Of a stretch of 64,000 bases of DNA, positions 14,632 to 26,845 are shown piece by piece (within the stretch, counting starts at the first letter, position 1; the number at the start of each line of letters is the position of its first letter). Location: the NCBI GenBank assembly GCA_951406725.2, contig OX597833.1, positions 63,612,001 to 63,676,000 of the forward strand, in the 5' to 3' direction. A model generated the notes under the pieces. The model worked only from the letters and a program-made list of their open reading frames with translations, was not told where the DNA came from and did no database searches. The translations under genes were made by a program, and so were the position numbers. This DNA comes from Octopus vulgaris (Eukaryota).

Positions 14632-15740
14632 TATACACACACGCATAGACACTCCCACACATATATGTATGTGTGTATGGACTATACACATCCACAACCA
14701 CACACACTAAACACCCACACTAACACACTCACACACATATATGTGTTTATACGCTAATGTATGTACGTATATATATGCGTGTGTATACATCCATACATTC
14801 ACATAAACATATGCACAGATACGTATATATATATATATATATGTATATTTATGCATATACACACACACATCATATATAAATATGTATATTTCAACTTACA
14901 TACATACTCACACACACACACACAAACACACACACACTTACACATATATGTGTGTTCAAACTTCTACGTGTGCATATATGAGTCTGTGTTTTTATGTGTA
15001 TGTATATATGTATGTATATGTGCGTGTGTATAGCTATATGTATGAATATATGTGTTTTCATATATATATATATATGTATGTATGTATATATATATGTGCA
15101 TATACATATAATATATGTATATATCTCTGCGTGTATATGTGTGGCAGGAATCAACGTATGAGTATGTTTATGTGTGCATGTATGTATATGTGCGTATGTA
15201 TATGTATATGTACGAATATATGTGTTTTCATATATATGTATGTATATATGTATATATATACGTACATACAAATATAATATATGTATGTATCTCTGCGTGT
15301 ATATGTGTGGCAAGAATCAACGTCATGATTCTTAAATATTGGCCACATTCCAAATGGAATACTAGTTGATAAGCAACTACTCCTGGCACGGTGCCAGGAA
15401 GGCATTGATTAAACCAAACAACGAGCAGACTCTGTTAGGACGTTTCTCCCGCCTCAATCAAGTTCAAAGTAATCAACCCACACCCACGCCCCCCCCTCTT
15501 GGCCTAAACGCATTGATTCATCACTTATTCTTTGTGCCATGCTTGTGCCCTATCTCTTCCACTCTCTCTCTCTCGCTCTCTCATTTACTGTCCCGGGCTG
15601 GTTTTCCTTGTAGTTCTCTGCCATTAATTTCTCTCTCTCTCTCTCGCTCTCTCTCTTTCTCTCTCTCTTTTTACATTGGCTTTAGTTCGATATTTATAGG
15701 TTTTTCTAGATGCCTGCTGGTCACTCTAACAGCTATTCTC

Positions 15741-15791
<51 letters not shown>

Positions 15792-16227
15792 GTCTGTCTG
15801 TCTGTCTGTCTGCCTGCCTGTCTGTCTGTCTGTCTGTCTGTCTGTCTGGATCACCGTCCGTCCGTCCGGCTCTCTGCTTGTGTGCCAGTCTGTCTGTGTG
15901 CCTGCCTCCCTGTCTGTCTGTGTGTCTGTTAGTCTGTCTGACCGTCCATCTGTCTGTCCGTATGTCTGGCTGCCTGTCTGTCTGTCTGTGTGCCTGTCTA
16001 TCTGCTTGTCTGTCTGTCTGTCTGTCCGTCTATCTCTCTGCCCGTCTGTCTGTCTGACCGGCTGTACTTCCGTCCGTCCGTCTGGCTGGCTGTTTGGCGT
16101 TGACGTAATATTTGCAGGAGGCTTGGGGGATCAGAGGGAAGTGATATGCGATGAACTTAAGGGATTCTGCTTCGGCACAGAGGGATTGAAAAGGATCCAT
16201 GTACACAGAGGATCGACTATAGATATG

Positions 16228-16328
16228 TTCCTTCTTTCCTTCTTTCCTGAGCGTCCAATAACACTATACTTGTTCCACGTCCTCGCGTTGTTGTGTTTTC
16301 TCTTTGTGTTTTCATGTTTGGATTAACT
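16228..16328 (+). mobile_element. 3' fragment of a hammerhead-cassette family (homolog of 29184-29279)
   Basis: ttcctgagcgtccaataacactatacttgttccacgtcctcgcgttg...catgtttggattaac, followed by (TA)n. Confidence 0.75.
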
Positions 16329-16348
16329 TTATATATATATATATATAT

Positions 16349-16500
16349 AGGCGCAGGAGTGGTTGTGTGGTAAGTAGCTGTTTACCAACCACATGTTCCG
16401 GTTTCAGTCCCACTCCATAGCAAGTGTCTTCTACTATAGCCTCGGGCCGACCAAAGCCTTGTGAGTGGATTTGGTTGACGAAAACTGGAAGAAACTCGTC

Positions 16501-16561
<61 letters not shown>

Positions 16562-16730
16562 AGTGTGTGTTTGTCCCCACCTCCATCGCCTAGCGGTTCC
16601 GCAAAAGAGACCGAGAGCCTAAGTACTAGGCTTACAAACAATAAGTCGTGGGGTCAATTTGCTCAACTAAAGTGGTACTCCAGCACGGCCGCAGTCAAAT
16701 GACTGAAACGAATAAAAAAGAATAAAAGAA
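16349..16730 (+). mobile_element. tRNA-derived SINE, family A, with internal (TA)n(TG)n
   Basis: Head aggcgcaggagtggttgtgtggtaag...ttcagtccc, CORE-like gcaagtgtcttctactatagcc, tail cagtcaaatgactgaaac followed by (TAAAAGA)n. Confidence 0.9.
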
Positions 16731-16756
16731 TATATACATAAAACTTTGAATTTAAT

Positions 16757-16824
16757 TTACGGTCCCCCAGTACTACCTTCGGGGACCGCGAGGAGTCTGC
16801 GGACCCCAGGTTGGGGAATCACTG
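16757..16824. mobile_element. Possible solo terminus of a hAT-type MITE
   Basis: gcggaccccaggttggggaatcactg reads cagtgattccccaacc on the other strand, resembling hAT/Charlie ends. No partner TIR found. Confidence 0.4.
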
Positions 16825-16918
16825 TGCTAGGGGTTTGAAATATCAGTATGAAGTGGAACGATGAGCAACAAGTGGCGCCCTACAGTTGTGGAGAAGGGGG
16901 CATCATGTATATAATTTA

Positions 16919-17405
<487 letters not shown>

Positions 17406-17739
17406 TAGTAGATACTGCATAAACAGGGCTAATTTAGCGCTTACCCTGTAGACTGGAAAGATGATGAACGACCTACATCGATTTTTCGAAACTTATTGGA
17501 TTCTCATCAGAGGCATGTGCAACAGTTTGACCAATTGCAGAGAAAAAAAACAGCCAGTCTATTTTATATGTTCAACAATTAACATCTGCGCCAAAGAGTC
17601 TGCGTCAATCGCCGGCCTGAAATATCACACCCAGGTTTCTCAAACATATGAGACAGTTTCTGAAGCGTATATATTTATATACACGCACATGCACTCATGT
17701 ATATACATATATACATACATACATACATACATACATACA

Positions 17740-17770
<31 letters not shown>

Positions 17771-17808
17771 GTATGTATATATATATATATATATGTTTTG
17801 TGATTTGT

Positions 17809-18043
17809 GACCCCCTTCGGTCAGACACTGACCATGGGATTGCACCTAGAAAGTTACCCTCCTAGTCACAAGTCCGGGCAAGATTGTTTATGGAAGACCA
17901 GCAGTCGCCCATGCATACCAGCCTCCCCTCTCCACGCCACCAGTGTTATCAAAGGGAAAGGCAAAGGGGCCGATACAGCTTGGCACTTGTGACGTCGCAA
18001 CTCATTTTTACAGCTGAGTGAACTGGAGCAACGTGAAATAAAG
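17809..18043 (-). mobile_element. SINE family D, 5'-truncated at (TA)n
   Basis: Homologous to 26455-26690. Confidence 0.8.
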
Positions 18044-18189
18044 TATATATGTATATATAAATAATATATATGTATATATATAATACGCATATACATATAC
18101 AGCAATTCTTCGCCATATTGCAGTTCTCCTATCACGGTTCATCTTTTGAGGACGGTTTTGGAACGTATCACCCGCGATATATAAATGTA

Positions 18190-18689
18190 TCACTATGTGG
18201 CTTCCGAGCTGAAAGATCCACAGTAGACATGGTCTTCGCCCTTCGCCATCTCCAGGAGAAGCGCAGAGAGCAGCAGATGCCCCTCTACGTCGCATTCACT
18301 GACCACACAAAGGCATTTGATCTTGTCAGCAGAGACGGTCTTTTCAAGGCTCTCCGAAAGATCGGCTGTCCTCCAAAACTGCACAGCTTAATCGAGTCTT
18401 TCCACTCCAACATGAAAGGGACTGCGCAGTTGAAAGGCAACCTCTCCAAGCCCTTCGACATACGCAGCGGGTTCAAACAAGGCTGCGTACGCGCCCCAAC
18501 CCTTTTCGGGATCTTCTTCTCATTCCTCCTGAGACATGCATTTGGCACAGCACAAGAGGAAATATACGTACGGGACCAGATCGGATGGTAGGCTGTTTAA
18601 TCTTGCCCGCCTAAAAGCGAGGACAAAGGCCCGTGAAGTCCTCATGAAAGACATGCTGTTCGCTGATGACGCTGCAGTTGTGACTCACA
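18190..18689 (+). pseudogene. RTE-clade LINE reverse transcriptase fragment (frameshifted)
   Basis: CGFRAERSTVDM..., YVAFTDHTKAFD, GFKQGCVRAPTLF, then after a frameshift TRSDGRLFNLARLKARTK...MLFADDAA. These are typical RTE RT motifs. Confidence 0.93.
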
Positions 18690-18764
18690 ATCCGAGTAAT
18701 GAAATGCAACTATCTGAACAAAATTTTGCATATGTGTATGCGTGTTTGTACATGTGTGTGTGCG

Positions 18765-18838
<74 letters not shown>

Positions 18839-19075
18839 CGCTTGTATCAGTACCTACGAACTGTAAACCACATTCAAGTGTATGTTACGAGTGGGGCAAA
18901 CTTTATCTGACACAGATTTCAATAAGGGAAAAGTGCGGAGATAAATGTTTACGCTATGAGATCCTGACATCATAGTTGAGTTTCACCTGGCGATTGATGG
19001 CAACTGTTGCGATCCCTCATCAGCTCGGGTAAAGTGCTTCCTTTGTTTATATAAACACAGACACTCCCATACACA

Positions 19076-19119
<44 letters not shown>

Positions 19120-19179
19120 ATGAGAGAGAAAGAGTGTGTATTTGAGAGAAAAAAGATATGTTCGTGGCTGTGTATATAT

Positions 19180-19244
<65 letters not shown>

Positions 19245-19251
19245 TATATAC

Positions 19252-19311
<60 letters not shown>

Positions 19312-19336
19312 GTGTGTGTTTGTATACGTATACATA

Positions 19337-19706
19337 CGAGGTTTGATCAATAAGTATCTGGACTGTTGCCATAGTAACGAAGCTAAATTACGCAGAGTGA
19401 AGCCGATTGGCACACATTTTACGTCGAGCTCTGCTTTGCATGCGCAATAAGTTGTAACGTTCCATTTGACTCCCGCTATTTTCAGCAGTGCTTGGAAGGA
19501 ACGTGCGTGTATAGCATGTCATCATCGCATTGGGCATGACAGAGACAGTTGTCATGGCGATATCTGCTCAGAGGCCTATGCAAAGTTGGAGAAAGTGTAT
19601 TAGCCGCACGCAGGTGTACGAGTGGTTTAGACGTTTCCAAGATGGCCGAAAAATGTCGAGGGTGACGCTCGTTCTAGGAGACCAGCAGAACGGAGAAAAG
19701 CATCGC
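19337..19706 (+). mobile_element. Mariner 5' end with a deleted transposase N-terminus
   Basis: TA|cgaggtttgatcaataagtatctggact TIR-like end; CISRTQVYEWFRRFQDGR HTH motif. Confidence 0.8.
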
Positions 19707-19724
19707 AACCAAATCTATCTTCGC

Positions 19725-19762
19725 GAGTGGATTTGGTAGACGGAAACTGAAAGAGGCACGTC

Positions 19763-19813
<51 letters not shown>

Positions 19814-19982
19814 AAGGGTGAAATATAATTAATTTAATAAAACTAATAAATTTAACCTAGTAGTTTTTTCGGTATGGAAATGACCATATTCGGTAAGGAT
19901 TATATTAATTATAATAAAGGGTTAGTTGCAACAAGTTGCTCAAAACCACATTCCGAAAATATTAGAAATAGCAGCAAAATAG

Positions 19983-20058
<76 letters not shown>

Positions 20059-20313
20059 ATGTATATATGTATGTTTATTTTTGTGTGTGTCAGTTTTTGC
20101 CCCTCCCCGGCCCAACATTGCTTGACAACTGACGCTGGTGTGTTTACGTCCCCGTAATTTGGCGATTCGGCAAAAAAGCAGTCCGATAGAACAAGTACTA
20201 GGCTTACAAAAAAATAAGAAGTCCTGGGGTCGATTTGCTCGACTAAAGGCTGTGCTCCAGCATGGCCGCGGTCAAATGACTGAAACAAGTGAGAGAATAC
20301 AGGAATAAAAGAA
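19725..20313 (+). mobile_element. SINE A (head truncated) with a 170-bp insert in its internal (TA)n at 19813-19984
   Basis: gagtggatttggtagacggaaactgaaag, then (TA)n, insert, (TA)n(TG)n and the standard 3' half. Confidence 0.85.
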
Positions 20314-20419
20314 TATATATGGTGCTCCAGCATGACCACAACCGCATGGCTGAAACGCGTAAAAGTGTAAAAGTGTAAAAGTGTAACCACATCTACGCAT
20401 AACCATAAAACATATATAC

Positions 20420-20451
<32 letters not shown>

Positions 20452-20731
20452 TATATATATAGAGAGAGAGTGAGGCAGAAGATTCATTAACCGTCTACTT
20501 ATCAGTAGAATATTCGCAGTTAAACACCAGTTTTACAATCCTGTTGGTTCGTTTCTTGGAAATATGAAGATATTGGAATTTTATTACACACTTCTCCGTC
20601 CTACACATATGCGTAGAATTATCTCAAAGATACACACACACATACATAGTTATAAGCATACACAAATCGACACAGATACATACACACAACGTATGTGTGT
20701 GTGCGTATATATATATATGTTTGTGTGTGTG

Positions 20732-20793
<62 letters not shown>

Positions 20794-20919
20794 CATACAC
20801 ATCTGTATATATAAATACATGCATATATATATATATATATATATACATACGCATATATATAGATATTAATATATATATAATATATATATGTTCATTTATA
20901 TCTTTGTGTTTTGTATGTA

Positions 20920-20984
<65 letters not shown>

Positions 20985-21072
20985 ATATGTATTTATATAC
21001 ACGTGTGTATAGACTAACATTAAGAAGTCAAGAAAATTACATGGAATAGGAAAAAGAAGAGAAAGAAAAAAG

Positions 21073-21094
21073 AAAATAATAATAATAATAATAC

Positions 21095-21149
<55 letters not shown>

Positions 21150-21185
21150 CATTATTTTCTTTTTTTTTGTAGTAGTAGTAAGAGC

Positions 21186-21217
<32 letters not shown>

Positions 21218-21345
21218 CAGTAGTAGCCGAAGAAAAAGAAGGTGAAGAAATGGAAGAAGAAATGGAAGAAGAAGAAGAAGAAGAAGAAGAAGAAGAAGAA
21301 GAAGAAGAAGAAGAAGAAGAAGAAGAAGAAGAAGAAGAAGAAGAA
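21073..21345. repeat. (ATT)n/(TAG)n/(GAA)n microsatellites
   Basis: Seen directly. Confidence 0.95.
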
Positions 21346-22516
21346 AAGTACAACGACAACTAAGAACAAGTAACGAAACGAAAAGTAGAAATGCAATAAC
21401 AATTTAAGAAGAAAAAGATGGAGAAGATGGAGAAGAAGATGAAGATGAAAGAGGAGGTGGTGGAGGAGGAGGCAGAAGAGGAGGAGAAGAAGCAGCGTGA
21501 TGCGCTGTTAACAAGGAATGTAAACCGTGTAGACGAATAGCGAAATGAAAAATAATGAGGCAACACAGAAATGTGGATATACACACATACACTCACACAG
21601 ATGCTCACCCATAAATGAGGTGTATACATGTGTGTGTTTATATGTGTGTGTATATATATTATTTGAAAGAGCGTACATACTCCCGTATACATATATACTT
21701 ATATGCGCTCACTTCTCGAACATTCATATATATATATACATATGCATAAAACCCCCCACGTATATTGAAAGCTGCATTCATTTTCGTATGTTTCATATAT
21801 GGTTCTCCGTCGTTTACGAAGAATGATAATTCCTGTTGCGCAACAAAATGTAGTGGCATGACTCCGTGGTTAAGTCCCTTGCTTTGCAACCATCCGGTTT
21901 CTGGATCGGTCTGAGTGCCATGTATCTTATGCAATTGTGTCCAACTCTAGCTCCGACGAAAACCCTTCGAGGCCGATCCATAAGATTTATAGATAAAAGT
22001 ACAATCGGTGGTTGAGAGAAATAAGAAGAATTTAAAAGAAAGGAAATTGAGGGAAAAGTTTTAGCAAAGTTGTTATTTGTATAACGCTTGAAAGGAAAGA
22101 GATGCTTCTTTGACGTTTCGGACTGAAGTTAGTTACCACAGAAACGAAAAGAGGAAAAGCTATGGAAAGAAGACGAAGAATTAATCTGGTGTTTCGGCTG
22201 TCCACTCACAAGATCATCAGACGATTTATGACTGGAGATTTTTGTTGGAGAGTCTTCAACGAGTAAATAACTGGCTGTGTCTGAAACATTTTGACCGAGT
22301 GTTTCTCGTAGAAGGAAGGAGCTCTATCCGCCAGCCGAGCACTCCTCCCTGATGCCCTTATGAAGGCGCAAGTGATAATCCGGAGCTTCAAGAGAGTTAA
22401 GCAGGCAATATTTTAATACGATTATTCTCTACTGTGACATTGGCTAATCTCTCATCCGACGACCAACACTAAAAAAAAACACACATACACACACACACCA
22501 CACACACACATATATA

Positions 22517-22707
22517 TTCTTTTTTATTTGTTTCAGTAATATGACTGTGGGCACGATGGAGCACCGCCTTTAGTCAAGCAAATCGACCTCAGGACTTATT
22601 CTCTGTAAGCCTAGTACTTATTCTATCGGTCTGTTGTTGCCGAACCGCTACGTTACGGGATGTAAACACACCAGCATCGGTTGTCAAGCGATGTTAGACA
22701 CACACAT

Positions 22708-22788
<81 letters not shown>

Positions 22789-22862
22789 ATATATATATAA
22801 TATTTGTATATACGACGGCTTCTTTCAGTTTCCGTCTATCAAATCCACTGACAAGGCTTTGG
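22517..22862 (-). mobile_element. SINE A (head missing)
   Basis: Reverse complement of the family A body and tail. Confidence 0.85.
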
Positions 22863-23459
22863 ATTTTTAGCAAAGCAAATGCATAGATGCTCCCTTCAGG
22901 CACTCTGACGTGTATGTGTGTGTGTGTGTGTGTGAATGTGAGTGTTTGAGTGTATGTGTGTGTGTGTGTGTGTGTATGTATGTGTATGTGTGTGTGTGTA
23001 CTTTTGTGCCAGAAAAAGGAAAGAGATGAAGATGGGAGAATCTTGTTTAGAGAGCAGAAATAAAGAAAATTAACCGCAAAATACAGCGATACAAAATATA
23101 AAAAGTACAAGAGAAAAAGGAAGACAGAGGGGGAGAGACCAAAGGGGAAAAAATGGCGGAAAAATAAGGGAAAGAATGAGAAGAAGGGAGGAAGAGGGAA
23201 AGGAGGAATTAAAGAAAATTTGAAATTGTCTCACGAAAAGAAAGCAAAAATGGTGAACACGACCGGCAAATTGGTAGCAATTTGAGCGCAATTTACGTCG
23301 TTCACGTCACCACATCTCGTTTCAGATCACGTGACATTGTTAGGCTGTCTAAATTGCTTGTGTGATGTTCCCTCGGATCAAAGTCAGCGCCGCCATCACC
23401 ATCGTCATCATCATCAGCAGCACCGCCGTCGGTCACCATCGTCGTCGCCGCCACAGTGT

Positions 23460-23913
23460 AGGAGTGGCTGTGTGGTAAGTAGCTTGCTTACGAACCACAT
23501 TGTTCCGGGTTCAATCCCACTGCGTGGCACCTTGGGTAAATGTCTTCTACTATAGCTTCGGGCCGACCGAAGCCTTGTGAGTGGATTTGGTAGACGGAAA
23601 CTGAAAGAAGACCGTCGTATATATGGTCGCCATGATAGATCATTAGCCACTACGCACATTTTTTTCTCTCCTTGTTTTTTTCTCCTTTTTTCTCTCTCCT
23701 TGTTTTTTTCTCCTTTTTTTTCTCTCCTTGTTTTTTTCTCCTTTTTTTTCTCTCTTTGTTTCTCTCCTTGTTTCTTTCTGTGTTCCTTTCTGTAGAAGAG
23801 CGTAGGCTCGAAACGTAAAATACTTTTTCTATTCCTGAGCGTTATAATAATACATCTGTTTGTTTTGTACACCACATGTCTTCGTCTTTTGTTTCTTTTT
23901 CGTAAACTCTCCC

Positions 23914-23978
<65 letters not shown>

Positions 23979-24311
23979 ATACGTTTGTGTGTCTGTGCTT
24001 GTCCCCCCAACATCGCTTGACAACCGATGCTGGTGTGTTTACGTCCCCGTAACTAGGCGGTTAGGCAAAAGAGACCGATTGAATAAGTACTAGGCTTACA
24101 AAGAATAAGTCCTGGGGTCGATTTGCTCGACTAAAGGCGGTGCTCCAGCATGGCCACAGTCAAATGACTGAAACAAGTAAAAGAGACCGATAGAATAAGT
24201 ACTAGGCTTACAAAGAATAAGTCCCGGGGTCGATCTGCTCGACTAAAGGCGATGCCCCAGCATGGCCACAGTCAAATGACTGAAACAAGTAAAAGAGTAA
24301 GAGTAAAAGAG
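23460..24311 (+). mobile_element. SINE A with a hammerhead cassette inserted in its internal (TA)n and a duplicated 3' tail
   Basis: Head 23460-23624, insert 23625-23913, 3' half from about 23965. A tail of about 111 bp is duplicated via aaaagag microhomology. Confidence 0.9.
23786..23821 (+). ncRNA. Minimal type I hammerhead-like motif (A6U variant)
   Basis: CUUU CUGUAGA A GAGC-GUAG-GCUC GAAA CG UA| AAA. Perfect stem II, palindromic ACGU stem III, weak stem I. Confidence 0.55.
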
Positions 24312-24595
24312 TTTTACCACAGTTCCAAATACTTGACGGTTTCTCCCAGATGACGAACGGAATTGGTCGATTATAAGACGAAAAATATATCCAGTATTAT
24401 TTTAGTTACTTATCATTTGTGACGTTTTAGTTTCAAGCCCTACCATCGGAGAATGTTCATTGTGCTGAGTAATACAGCAAACAAGTATTCGGTATCTACA
24501 TTTATATATTGAAGTGATGAGGAATTATGTACATTATTTACATTATTTATATTATTTACATTTGACGGATATTTGTCCTCATCTTGTTTGTTGTT

Positions 24596-24642
24596 AACAC
24601 AACGTTTCGGCTGATATACCCTCAAGGGCTTCATCAGGTGTC
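24596..24642 (-). ncRNA. Minimal type I hammerhead ribozyme motif (PLE pLTR type)
   Basis: GACAC CUGAUGA A GCCCUUGAGGGUAUAUCAGCC GAAA CG UU| GUGUU. Canonical core and 5-bp stem I. Stem II is mutated relative to the GGCUG/CAGCC stem inferred from the 8519 copy. Confidence 0.7.
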
Positions 24643-24673
24643 TTGGGGAAAATTTCGAACCTGGCTTCTCATT

Positions 24674-24906
24674 TCTTCTTCTTCTTCTTCTTCTTCTTCT
24701 TCTTCTTCTTCTTCTTCTTCTTCTTCTTCTTCTTCTTCTTCTTCTCCTTCTTCTTCTTCTTCTTCTTCTTCTTCTTCTTCTTCTTCTTCTTCTTCTTCTT
24801 CTTCTTCATCTTCTTCTTCTTCATCTTCTTCTTCTTCTTTTTCTTCTTCTTTTCCACCTCTTCCTCCTCCTCCTCCTCCTTTGTCTTCTTCTTGTCATTA
24901 TTATTA

Positions 24907-24979
<73 letters not shown>

Positions 24980-25056
24980 CATTATTATTATCTTCATTAT
25001 TATTATTATTATTATCTTCATTATTATTATTGTTGTTATTATTATTATTATTATCA

Positions 25057-25087
<31 letters not shown>

Positions 25088-25113
25088 TATTATTATTATT
25101 ATTATTATTATCT

Positions 25114-25169
<56 letters not shown>

Positions 25170-25170
25170 A

Positions 25171-25230
<60 letters not shown>

Positions 25231-25261
25231 ATTATTATTATTATTTATTATTATTATTTCA

Positions 25262-25320
<59 letters not shown>
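24674..25320. repeat. (TTC)n then (TTA)n microsatellites
   Basis: Seen directly. Confidence 0.97.
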
Positions 25321-25330
<10 letters not shown>

Positions 25331-25544
25331 CCATATCTTCTATTCTGCGTTATTCCAGTGCGAGTTCACTCGTTTGGTCTGTGACATTCAGGCGTTATTT
25401 AACACTTGGCATCGTTTGAGGAGCTTTCCCTGGACGCTATCCTTCTGCAAATTCGGCGTATAAACAAAACACACTATGTGTGTGTGTGTGTGTGTGTCCG
25501 ATAAAGTTAACCTTACTAGAAGTGCTTTGACTTCGCAACTTAAA

Positions 25545-25890
25545 CCTCACTTTTTCACCTTTCCATGGGTAATATTTCCAAGTGCTCTTCTTGTGTAGCG
25601 CCGTCATTAAATACCATTCTTACAACAGCTATTAACTGTGCTGTGTCTGATATAACTGTTAACCTGTCAGATTGCAGTGAGAACCAATCATATATTACCA
25701 AGTCTGTCTTTCGTAGAATTTGAATGTCACTTGAAATGGCATGTATTTAACTTGTAATGCTTGTTGCCTGATACCAGTAAGACTTGTGTTACTGACATAC
25801 TCTCACGTTTGTTGCAAAATCCATTAAATAACCTATCATCGCCTCTTTCTAACAAATGCTTCTTTTCACAAATCACCAACACAGAATGCT
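25545..25890 (-). pseudogene. hAT (Buster/SPIN, GTF2IRD2-like) transposase remnant
   Basis: My own minus-strand translation ...WFSLQSDRLTVISDTAQLIAVVRMVFNDGATQEEHLEILPM matches the FSLQ.DESTD.SDTAQL..FVR motif; contains stops. Confidence 0.75.
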
Positions 25891-26076
25891 TTGTGTGTGT
25901 GTTTTTTTTTCTCCGTTTCGTTTTCCGATCGAGAAATTCTGAAAGAAGTAAATGGTTTAGATTTAGATATATTTTACTGCCTTTCTATCGATTACTGGAC
26001 TAATAGAATTGTGGAATATTTTCCCCCTTATGATAAAAGTGGTACTGGCGAGTTAGAAATAACAGCTTAGTGGATA

Positions 26077-26386
26077 TGTTTGTTCGTTCCTTCTCGAGCC
26101 ATGCTTGGTTCATAAGCGCCAGTTTCTCGGTTTCCTTGGCGTATAGGTTCCCCACCTGGACGGGACGCCGGTCCGTCGCAGGTGAGCTGCAAGATGCAGG
26201 AGGAAAGAGTGAGAGAAATTTGTGGCGAAAGAGTCAGCAGAAGTTCGCCATTCCCTTCTGCCGGAGCCGCGTGGAGCTTTAGGTGTTTCGCTCATAAACA
26301 CACACATCGCCCCCGGTCTGAGATTCGAACCCGCGATCCCTCGACCGCGAATCCGCTGCTCTAACTACTAGGCCATGTACCTCCAC
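26077..26386 (-). mobile_element. Full-length tRNA-derived SINE, family C2, with a 13-bp TSD
   Basis: Head gtggaggtacatggcctagtagttagagcagcgg...gggttcgaatctc. TSD agcttagtggata at 26064-26076 and 26387-26399. Confidence 0.92.
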
Positions 26387-26454
26387 AGCTTAGTGGATAG
26401 GTAAGATAACGAAGAAATCTGAATACGGCCACGTATTCTATAAACGGTAAAAAA

Positions 26455-26780
26455 ACCCCCATCGCTCAGGAATGACTATGGGATTGCAACTAGAAAGTCT
26501 CCCCTCTGAGGCACAAGTTCGGGCAAGGTTGTTTATGAAAGACCAGCAGTCGGCTATGCATACCAGCCTCTCCTCTCCATGCCACTGATGTTATCCAAGG
26601 GAAAAGCAAAGGGGCCGATACAGCTTGGCACCAGTGACATCGCAACCCATTCCTACAGCCGTGTGAACAGGAGCATCGTGAAATAAAGTGTCTTGCTCTA
26701 GAACACAATACACAGCCCCGGTCCGGGAATCGAACTCACTCTCTCATGATTGTGAACCCGACCCTATAACCACTGAGCCG
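26455..26780 (-). mobile_element. tRNA-derived SINE, family D
   Basis: Minus head ggctcagtggttatagggtcggg...gagttcgattcccggacc, followed by CORE-like tagagcaagacacttt. Confidence 0.85.
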
Positions 26781-26845
26781 TAAAGCATAAGACTAATAAT
26801 TCAGGACTAACAATCTCGGGGAAGGGAGCAAATGGATTACATTGA

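Noticed and set aside
15400-15525. Cluster of TGATT/AATCA motifs as an enhancer
   Set aside because: Short AT-rich motifs that cannot be supported without conservation or chromatin data.
19364-19377. RFX X-box gttgccatagtaac (similar motif at 59055-59068)
   Set aside because: These are single motifs, one inside a mariner, with no gene context to support function.
19855-19897. Hammerhead-like motif on minus within the TA insert (also weak candidates at 1420, 3255-3280, 24405-24455, 33849 and 37927)
   Set aside because: Too many core or stem defects to distinguish from chance without a family consensus.
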